Positions 8,208-14,892 of a stretch of DNA of 32,000 nucleotides are shown here, one piece after another. The stretch comes from Paracoccus suum (GTDB lineage Bacteria > Pseudomonadota > Alphaproteobacteria > Rhodobacterales > Rhodobacteraceae). The DNA lies in contig NZ_CP030918.1 in NCBI RefSeq assembly GCF_003324675.1, positions 720,001 to 752,000 of the forward strand, given 5' to 3'. The position numbers and the translations under genes are program-made. Every line of letters starts with the position of its first letter. Within the stretch, counting starts at the first letter, position 1. Under the pieces are notes generated by a model. That model was not told the origin of the DNA. It did no database searches and was given only the letters and a program-made list of their open reading frames with translations.

Positions 8208-8881
8208 GCGTGCCGCACCCCGCCCCCGCGGGCGACGACGGCTATGTCATGACGGCGCATCGCGCCGGACTGCTGGGCTGCCGGCGCTGCGGTCGCGTCT
8301 GGCCAGCGGACACGCTGGATTGCGGACGCTGCGGCGCCGGCCTGGCCCCGCCCGACCGCCGTGGGCTTCAGGCCGTCTGGGCCTGGCTCGCTGCCGGGCT
8401 GGTCCTGTATGTCCCGGCGAACTTGCTTCCGATGCTCAAGACGCAGACCCTCGGCGGTCTGCAGGGCAACAGCGAGGCCACCATCATCGGCGGCGTGATC
8501 GAGCTTGCGCGCTACGGCAACTGGGACATCGCCATCATCATCTTCGTCGCCTCGGTCATGGTCCCGATCGGCAAGTTCATCGCGATCAGCTGGCTCGCCA
8601 TCGTCGCCGGCCGCCCTGCGAGCATTGCCGAGGCGCACCAGCGCCTGCGCGTCTTCGAGGTAGTCGAGTTCATCGGACGTTGGTCGATGATCGACGTCTT
8701 TGTCGTTGCGATCCTGTCGGCCCTGGTGCAACTGGGCTTTGTCGCCTCGATCCACCCCGGTCCGGCCGCGGTGTCATTTGCGTTGTCGGTTGCCTTCACC
8801 ATGCTGTCCGCGCAAAGCTTCGATCCACGGCTGATCTGGCGCGGTCTGCCGCTGCGCCGTCGCAAGGACACGCCCGCCTGA
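8204..8881 (+). CDS. pqiA: Paraquat-inducible protein A family, second half-type protein (split PqiA)
   Basis: 225 aa starting MSVPHPAPAGDDGYVMTAHRAGLLGCRRCGRVW...CGRCG, a second zinc ribbon, followed by TM helices. The 418-aa track ORF (from 7625) extends upstream only because the out-of-frame overlap with the first pqiA lacks stops. Confidence 0.85.
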   Translation: MSVPHPAPAGDDGYVMTAHRAGLLGCRRCGRVWPADTLDCGRCGAGLAPPDRRGLQAVWAWLAAGLVLYVPANLLPMLKTQTLGGLQGNSEATIIGGVIELARYGNWDIAIIIFVASVMVPIGKFIAISWLAIVAGRPASIAEAHQRLRVFEVVEFIGRWSMIDVFVVAILSALVQLGFVASIHPGPAAVSFALSVAFTMLSAQSFDPRLIWRGLPLRRRKDTPA

Positions 8882-11382
8882 TGACCGACCCGACCCTACC
8901 GCCCCGCGGGCCGCAATCGCCCTCCGGGCCAACCGGCAGCCCCCCGCAGCAAACCGACGCCGAAGGCCTGCCGCCGCGGCCACTGACAGAGCCTGCGGGC
9001 TTTGGCCGGCAGCCTGCCGCGCCGGCCGAGGACGGGACCGGGCGCCGTCCGGGCGTCCGGGCGGTGCAGCGCACGGCGCGAAACGCCATGCTGGCCGGGG
9101 TCTCGCTGATCTGGCTGGTGCCGATCATCGCGCTGATCGCCATCCTCGGACTGGCGTGGAACTCGTGGAGCCAGCGAGGCGATCTGATCCAGGTCAGCTT
9201 CAACGACGCCACCGGCATCACCCCGGGCGAGACGGTCCTGAAGTTCCGCGAGGTCACCGTCGGCAAGGTCGAGGGCGTACGCTTCAGCGGTGATCTGAGC
9301 GAGGTGATCCTCGACATCCGGGTCGACAAGGATGTCGAGCGCTTCATCGATGCTGATTCCCAGTTCTGGATCGTGCGGCCGCAGGTCTCGGCCAGCGGAA
9401 TCTCGCGCCTCGATACCGTGCTGACGGGTGTATTCATCGAGGGTTACTGGGATTCCCAGATCGGCCCTCCCCAACAAGGGCCGCATCGTGGGCTCGAGCG
9501 CGCGCCCCTGACCCGCGCCAACCAACCGGGCAGATGGGTGGTTCTAGCCGCCGACACCGCCAAGGGCCTCAGTGAGGGGGCTCCGGTCCTCTACCGCGGC
9601 CTGCCCGTCGGCCGGATGGAAAATATTCGCCTGTCGGACCGCGACGAAGGCGTCCTTGCCGATGTCTTCATCGAGGCGCCGCATGACAAGCGCCTGACCA
9701 CGGCGACGGTGTTCTGGGACACGGCCGGGCTGTCGCTGTCGCTGGGGGCGCAGGGGCTGGCGCTGAATGTCGGCTCGCTGTCCTCGCTGCTGCAGGGCGG
9801 CGTGCAGTTCGAGACGATGACCTCGGGCGGAACCCCTGTCCCGCCGGGCCATGTCTTTCGCCTGAACCCGAACGAGGATGCGGCCCGCAACAGCCTGTTC
9901 TCGGGCGATGCCGCGGGCGAGGTGCGGCTTACCGTGCTGGTCGACAATGCCGTGCGCGGACTGGCCAAGGGCGCCGACGTCCAGTTCCAGGGCCTCGCCG
10001 TCGGGCGCGTGACCGATCTGGGGCTGCGGGTGGCCGATACCCCGCCCGACCAGCCGCGCCAGGTGCAGCAAGAGGTGACCATCGCCCTCTCGCCCGAACG
10101 CATGGGCCTGCCCCCCGGCAGCACCTCTGACCAGACGCTGGCGTTTATCGCCGACCGGGTCCGCGAGGGCCTGCGCGCGCGCGTTGCCAGCGCGGGCTTC
10201 CTCGGCACGGCCCTGATGATCGAGATGATCCAGATTCCGAATGCCGCGCCGGCCACGCTGGACCTGGCCGCGAAACCCTATCCGCTGATCCCTTCGGCGC
10301 CGGGCGATATCAGCGATTTCACTGCCACAGCCCAGGGCTTCATCAGCAAGGTCGGCCAGTTGCCGCTGCAGGAAACGCTGCGCTCGGCGCAGGACATGAT
10401 GAACAGCGTGACCGCACTCGCCTCGTCCGAGGAAACGCGCAACGTGCCGCGCGACGCCCGCGCGACGCTGGACGAGGCGCAAAAGACCTTGGCCGAGATT
10501 CGCAAGATCGCCGAGGATCTGCGGAAATCCGGGGCCATGGACCAAGCCGGCGAGGCGGTTGCGGCGACGCAACGTGCCGCCACTGCCGTGGCCGACGCGG
10601 TCGAGGGCGTGCCCAAGGTGGTCGAGCGCCTCGGAGTCGTCGCCGACAATGCCGCGACCGTCGATCTCAAGAAGCTGGGCGATGCCGCGACCGAGGCTGC
10701 AACTGCCCTGCGCGACGTCGTCGCGTCGGACGCCGCGCGCGAGTTGCCCAAGCGCCTTGGCACCGCATTGGAAAGCTTTGACAAGGCCGCCAACGAGCTG
10801 CGCGCGGTCACGACCCAGCTCAAGGATTCGCGGGCGGTGGAAAAGCTGGGCCTGATGGTCGACGAGGCAACTGCCGCCGCCGAGGCGGTCAAGGTGGCCG
10901 CGGCCGAGGTGCCCGACATGGTCACCAAAATCGAAGATACGGCGACCGCCGTCGAGGCATTCGATTTCGCCGGTATCAGCGCAGAGGCAAAGGGCATCGT
11001 GCAGCAACTGCGCGCGATGCTGGGGACCGAGGACGCGGCGCAGCTGCCGCGCAACCTCAGCGATACGCTCAAGGCGGCATCGGGCCTGCTTAACGATCTG
11101 CGGGACGGCAATGCCGTTGGCAGCCTGAACGCCCTTCTCGCCTCGGCCCGGACTGCGACCGACAATATCGCCGCCTCCGTCCAGCGCCTGCCCCAACTCG
11201 CGCAGCGATACGAGCAACTGGCCGCGCGGGCCGAGGCGGTGATTGCCACTTATGGCAACCGCTCGGCCTTCAACGTCGAGCTTCTCGGCGCGCTGCGCGA
11301 GTTGCGCCGGGCCACGGCCGCCTTTGGCAGCCTCGCCTCGACCATCGAGCGCAACCCCCGCGCCTTCATCTTGGGACGTTGA
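8881..11382 (+). CDS. pqiB: PqiB-type MCE-domain protein: three MCE domains plus a long helical C-terminal region
   Basis: 833 aa from an ATG that overlaps the pqiA2 stop (TGATG). The layout is a Pro-rich N-terminus, a TM helix (MLAGVSLIWLVPIIALIAILGLAW), then three MCE-like modules. These modules begin GDLIQVSFNDATGITPGETVLKFREVTVGKV, GRWVVLAADTAKGLSEGAPVLYRGLPVGRM and VRLTVLVDNAVRGLAKGADVQFQGLAVGRV. About 357 Ala-rich helical residues follow. Confidence 0.88.
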   Translation: MTDPTLPPRGPQSPSGPTGSPPQQTDAEGLPPRPLTEPAGFGRQPAAPAEDGTGRRPGVRAVQRTARNAMLAGVSLIWLVPIIALIAILGLAWNSWSQRGDLIQVSFNDATGITPGETVLKFREVTVGKVEGVRFSGDLSEVILDIRVDKDVERFIDADSQFWIVRPQVSASGISRLDTVLTGVFIEGYWDSQIGPPQQGPHRGLERAPLTRANQPGRWVVLAADTAKGLSEGAPVLYRGLPVGRMENIRLSDRDEGVLADVFIEAPHDKRLTTATVFWDTAGLSLSLGAQGLALNVGSLSSLLQGGVQFETMTSGGTPVPPGHVFRLNPNEDAARNSLFSGDAAGEVRLTVLVDNAVRGLAKGADVQFQGLAVGRVTDLGLRVADTPPDQPRQVQQEVTIALSPERMGLPPGSTSDQTLAFIADRVREGLRARVASAGFLGTALMIEMIQIPNAAPATLDLAAKPYPLIPSAPGDISDFTATAQGFISKVGQLPLQETLRSAQDMMNSVTALASSEETRNVPRDARATLDEAQKTLAEIRKIAEDLRKSGAMDQAGEAVAATQRAATAVADAVEGVPKVVERLGVVADNAATVDLKKLGDAATEAATALRDVVASDAARELPKRLGTALESFDKAANELRAVTTQLKDSRAVEKLGLMVDEATAAAEAVKVAAAEVPDMVTKIEDTATAVEAFDFAGISAEAKGIVQQLRAMLGTEDAAQLPRNLSDTLKAASGLLNDLRDGNAVGSLNALLASARTATDNIAASVQRLPQLAQRYEQLAARAEAVIATYGNRSAFNVELLGALRELRRATAAFGSLASTIERNPRAFILGR

Positions 11383-11384
11383 CC

Positions 11385-12056
11385 ATGCACAGCCGCCCGT
11401 TTTTCACCCTTGCGCTGCTGGTCCTGCTGGCGGCCTGCTCGAACCCGCTGAAAACCGGGCGGCACCTGATCGACGCGCCGCAAACCGGCAAGCAGCTGAG
11501 CGATCGCCTTGGCACGGCCGAGCTGTCCGATGTCTCGCTGCCCGAGTATGCGGCGGCGGACGAGGTCGCGTTCCAGGCGGCCGACGGAACCGTGCGGTCG
11601 GGGCCGCGCGCGCTTTGGGCGGACAAGCCGCAGCGGGCCTTTACGGTGGCCCTCGCGCGCTCGATCTCGGACGTGTCGGGGGCGACGGTGATCGCCTCGC
11701 CCTGGCCGCTGACCGAGCCGCCGCAGCACAAGATCCAGGTCGAGGTCGAAAAGGCCCTGGCCAGTCGCGACGGCCTCTACCGCCTGACGGGCCGCTATTA
11801 TGTCTCGGACGAGCGCGGCAACGGCACCAGCCAGGCGCGCAGCTTTTCCATCGCCGTGCCCGTGCCGGCGGGCACCACCTCGGGCGTGGCGGCGGCGCAA
11901 AGCACTGCCATCAGCCAGCTGGCGCGGCAGATCGCAGAGCTGGGCGGACCCGGCCGTTCGGTCAAGACGACGACGCCCAAGGCCAGCAGCGATCCCTATG
12001 CGATCCCGCCGCTTTACCCTATTGACCCGCTGCCGCCGCTCAACCCCGGCAGCTAG
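11385..12056 (+). CDS. pqiC: PqiC/YmbA-type (DUF330) outer-membrane lipoprotein of the Pqi system
   Basis: 223 aa. The lipobox LLAAC|S in [21 protein letters not shown] marks a lipoprotein. The gene starts 2 nt after the pqiB stop (a TTG at 11379 is an alternative start). The C-terminal tail is Pro-rich. Confidence 0.75.
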   Translation: MHSRPFFTLALLVLLAACSNPLKTGRHLIDAPQTGKQLSDRLGTAELSDVSLPEYAAADEVAFQAADGTVRSGPRALWADKPQRAFTVALARSISDVSGATVIASPWPLTEPPQHKIQVEVEKALASRDGLYRLTGRYYVSDERGNGTSQARSFSIAVPVPAGTTSGVAAAQSTAISQLARQIAELGGPGRSVKTTTPKASSDPYAIPPLYPIDPLPPLNPGS

Positions 12057-12604
12057 TCCGCCTCGGCGGCGAGGCTGGCAAAGCGGCCGGCGACGAATAC
12101 CAGCGGGTGATCGGCCGGCCCTGCGATGGTCACCCGCGCGACCTCGCCCACCAGGATCGAATGATCGCCGCCGGGATGGCAGGCATGGGCGCGGCAGTCG
12201 AACCGCGCCGCGGCCGCCGGCAGCAGAGGTACCCCCTCGGGCGAGACCTCATGCGCGAGCCCGTCGAATCCCGCACCGCCGCGCGTGAAACGCAGGCTGA
12301 GGTCGGTCTGCTCGGCGCCCAGAACATGTATCGCCCAACCCTTCGCGGTGGCAAAAGCATCGTGCCGGCTGGACGAACGTGCCGGGCACCAGAGCAACAG
12401 CGGCGGCTCCAGCGAGACGCTGGTGAAACTGTTGACGGTCATGCCGATGGGACGATTGTCGGGCGCGGTCGCTGTAATCACCGTGACGCCCGTCGCGAAG
12501 CGTCCCAAAGCCTCGCGAAAGCGTCGCCCCTCCTCGGTCGCGGGGTGAAAGCTGATGGCCTCGGCCAAGCGGCTGTTGCGTTCGCTGGCGTTTCGCGGGT
12601 CCAT
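12053..12604 (-). CDS. Flavin reductase-like (FMN-binding split-barrel) protein
   Basis: 183 aa. [17 protein letters not shown]...[22 protein letters not shown] is the typical flavin_reduct domain. It is the last gene of the pmbA operon. Confidence 0.85.
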   Translation of the reverse strand: MDPRNASERNSRLAEAISFHPATEEGRRFREALGRFATGVTVITATAPDNRPIGMTVNSFTSVSLEPPLLLWCPARSSSRHDAFATAKGWAIHVLGAEQTDLSLRFTRGGAGFDGLAHEVSPEGVPLLPAAAARFDCRAHACHPGGDHSILVGEVARVTIAGPADHPLVFVAGRFASLAAEAD

Positions 12605-12607
12605 GCC

Positions 12608-13417
12608 TCAGTCCTCGCCCGCATTGGGGACGAGTCTCGCCAGCAGCGCAGCGTGGAGGGCCGGCGGCGCCAGCAGCAAGCCATCGGCCAGCGGTTGCGG
12701 CTGATTGAACCGCAGCGCGCGGCCGCGCCGGTCACTCACGACACAGCCGGCCCGTTCTGCGATCAAGCTGCCGGCGGCGATATCCCATTCCCATGAGGCG
12801 CGCAGCGCCATGACGGCGTCGAACTGACCCTCGGCCACGAGGCACATGCGCCACGCGATCGAGGGGCGAAACATGCGCCGCATCTCGGGCGGCAAACCCC
12901 CGCGCCAATGGACCGGGGCAAAGCTAGCCTTGCCGGTCAGCACGCTCGCCCCGTCCGGCGCGGTTGCGGCCGACGGCGCGATCACTGCGCCGTTCAGCGT
13001 CGCCGGCCCGCCCGCACGGGCGGCATACATCAGGTCCGGGATCGGCAGATAGACCACGCCAGCGATCACCTGATCGCCCTCGACCACCGCGAGGGCGTGC
13101 GAGAACCCCTCCTGCCCATCGATGAAGGCGCGTGTGCCGTCGATCGGATCGACGACAAAGGTCCGCGCCGCATCCAGCCGCGCGGGCTCGTCCGGGGTTT
13201 CCTCGCTGAGCCAGCCATAGCTCGGGCGGGCGGCGCCCAGCATCTGCTGCAAGTGGATGTTGACCGCCAGATCGGCCTCGGTCACCGGGCCGGCGCCCCC
13301 GTCCTTGTCCCAGGCGCGCGGCTCCTGCCGCCAGAAGCGACGGGCGATGTCGCCGGCCTCGCGCGCGGCGCGGCTCAGCAGCGCCAGATCGTCCGCCGGC
13401 GTTGCCAGCGGCGGCAT
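12608..13417 (-). CDS. Inositol monophosphatase family protein (CysQ-like 3'(2'),5'-bisphosphate nucleotidase)
   Basis: 269 aa from the ATG at 13417, which has a GAGG SD and lies 14 nt after the pmbA stop. IMPase motifs WLSEE, VVDPIDGT and WDIAAG are present. The longer track ORF would overlap pmbA. Confidence 0.85.
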   Translation of the reverse strand: MPPLATPADDLALLSRAAREAGDIARRFWRQEPRAWDKDGGAGPVTEADLAVNIHLQQMLGAARPSYGWLSEETPDEPARLDAARTFVVDPIDGTRAFIDGQEGFSHALAVVEGDQVIAGVVYLPIPDLMYAARAGGPATLNGAVIAPSAATAPDGASVLTGKASFAPVHWRGGLPPEMRRMFRPSIAWRMCLVAEGQFDAVMALRASWEWDIAAGSLIAERAGCVVSDRRGRALRFNQPQPLADGLLLAPPALHAALLARLVPNAGED

Positions 13418-13431
13418 CCGGCCAGCCTCGC

Positions 13432-14790
13432 TCACGCGCCGGCCACGGTCATGCCCTGAACCAGCAGGCTGGGAACGGCCTGCACGCGCCAGGGCTTTGC
13501 GTCGTTGGCGGGCGTCAGCTGCATCAGCATCTCGCGCAGGTTGCCGGCGATAGTGCATTCGTTCACCGGCCACGCGATCTGGCCGCCCTCGACCCAGAAG
13601 CCTGCCGCGCCGCGCGAATAATCGCCGGTGGTAGGGTTAATCGAGGCGCCCAGCAGCGAGGTGACCAGCAGCCCGCGCCCCATATCGGCGATCAGCGCAT
13701 CGCGGCTGGCCGCACCTTGGGTCAGGATCACGTTCGAGGTTGCCGGATGCGGCGGGGCCGAGGTGCCGCGCGCAGCATTCGCGGTGCTTTCCAGCCCAAG
13801 CTTACGCCCGGTGCCAAGGTCCAGCACCCAGCCGGCCAGCACGCCATCCTCGACCAGGGCACGGCGGGCGCAGGCCAGCCCCTCGGCATCGAACGGGCGC
13901 GAGGATGCGAGGCGTGGGATCAGCGGGTCCTCGATCAGGCTGATGCCGGGCGGCAGCACGGGCTGGCCGTCGGCATTTCGGAGCCAGCTGGCGCCGCGCG
14001 CGATGGCAGTGCCGTTGATCGCCCCCAGCAGATGGCCGATCAGCGTGGCCGCGACGCGCTCGTCAAACAGGATGGGCACAGGGCCCGTCGGCGGACGGCG
14101 CGCGCCGATGCGTTCGGCCGCGCGCTGCCCGGCGAGGACGCCGATCTCCTCTGGCGTGGGCAGATCGCCCGGATGGGCGCGCGATTCCGAGGCCCAGTCA
14201 CGCTCCATTCCGGTGCCGGTCCCGGCAATCGCGATGGCGGTCGTGGCATGGCTGCTGCGCCGATAGCCGCCGCTGAAGCCGTTGCTGGCCGCGATCCACA
14301 CGCCGCGGCGCACGAATGACGCGCTCGCCGCCTCGGTCTGGGTGATCCCGGCCTGGGCCAGGGCGGCCGCCTCAGCCGCGAGGGCGCGGTCCTGCAACTC
14401 AGCCGGCGTGGGGTCGGAGGTTTGGGTATCTTCCAGCTCCAACCCGTCCGCGTCGCGGCGGGCCGACAGGGCCGACGGGTCGGCCAGCCCGAGGGTGTCG
14501 TCCAGAGGCGCCTCGCGCGCCATGGCGACCGCCCGCTCGGCCATTTCCAACAAGGTCGCGGGGCTGGTGTCCGAAGATGACACGCAGGCCTGCCGTCCGT
14601 TCAGAAGCACCCGAAGACCAATGTCGACCCCATTTGCCCGCTCGGCCTGCTCCAGCCGGCCGGCGCGGACATCGATGCTAACCGCATCCGCACCCACCGC
14701 GATGGCATCCGCCTCAGGCGCGCCGGCCTTGCGGGCGGCGTCCAGCAGGCGTTGGGTCAGATCGCGCAGGGTTTCGGTCGCTATCATCAT
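13432..14790 (-). CDS. pmbA: TldE/PmbA family metalloprotease
   Basis: 452 aa from MMIATETLRDLTQRLLDAARKAGA, with a GAAGG SD upstream. The length and sequence fit the PmbA/TldD superfamily (...GDYSRGAAGFWVEGGQIAWPVNECTIAGNL). Confidence 0.88.
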   Translation of the reverse strand: MMIATETLRDLTQRLLDAARKAGAPEADAIAVGADAVSIDVRAGRLEQAERANGVDIGLRVLLNGRQACVSSSDTSPATLLEMAERAVAMAREAPLDDTLGLADPSALSARRDADGLELEDTQTSDPTPAELQDRALAAEAAALAQAGITQTEAASASFVRRGVWIAASNGFSGGYRRSSHATTAIAIAGTGTGMERDWASESRAHPGDLPTPEEIGVLAGQRAAERIGARRPPTGPVPILFDERVAATLIGHLLGAINGTAIARGASWLRNADGQPVLPPGISLIEDPLIPRLASSRPFDAEGLACARRALVEDGVLAGWVLDLGTGRKLGLESTANAARGTSAPPHPATSNVILTQGAASRDALIADMGRGLLVTSLLGASINPTTGDYSRGAAGFWVEGGQIAWPVNECTIAGNLREMLMQLTPANDAKPWRVQAVPSLLVQGMTVAGA

Positions 14791-14832
14791 CAACCTTCGT
14801 GGTTCGCTTTGAAGGCACCTTCGTGACATGGC

Positions 14833-14863
14833 GCGGGGCCGGAGAACAATCCCCCGGCCCCGC
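14833..14863 (-). terminator. GC-rich hairpin (10-bp stem GCGGGGCCGG/CCGGCCCCGC, 11-nt loop) 30 nt downstream of the DUF2125-like gene; no U-tract
   Basis: The inverted repeat was read directly from the sequence. It lies in the 102-nt spacer before pmbA. Confidence 0.4.
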
Positions 14864-14892
14864 AAGTCCGTCTGCCGTTCCTGCGCCGGCGC

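Noticed and set aside
7506-8881. Split pqiA as a frameshifted pseudogene.
   Set aside because: The junction is a clean ATGA stop/start overlap. Each half has its own intact zinc ribbon and helix bundle, and the downstream coupling to pqiB is intact. A functional two-gene arrangement is more parsimonious, although read-level verification is listed under findings.
9544-11217. 557-aa minus-strand ORF antisense to pqiB. Similar long antisense ORFs occur at 2715-3698, 15088-16545, 16926-18308, 20367-21782, 22832-24889 and 27110-28693.
   Set aside because: Each lies entirely inside a confidently recognised gene on the other strand. Their translations are Arg/Gly/Ala/Pro/His-rich with no recognisable domains. 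Stop-free antisense frames are expected in DNA of about 66 percent GC with strong GC3 bias, so these are shadow ORFs, not overlapping genes.
8134-11382. Track ORFs of 1082 aa (8134-11382) and 418 aa (7625-8881), which suggest much larger Pqi proteins.
   Set aside because: The upstream parts are out-of-frame read-through across the preceding pqiA genes and translate as Arg/Pro-rich junk. Recognisable protein sequence begins at ATG 8881 (pqiB) and ATG 8204 (pqiA2). Both starts are coupled to the upstream stop codons.
14793-14825. 9-nt direct repeat ACCTTCGTG at 14793 and 14817 upstream of pmbA. On the gene strand it reads CACGAAGGT, and the proximal copy supplies the SD.
   Set aside because: A rough expectation for a 9-nt exact repeat within 30 nt somewhere in 32 kb is a few occurrences by chance, and more with GC bias. 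It is not statistically meaningful on its own.
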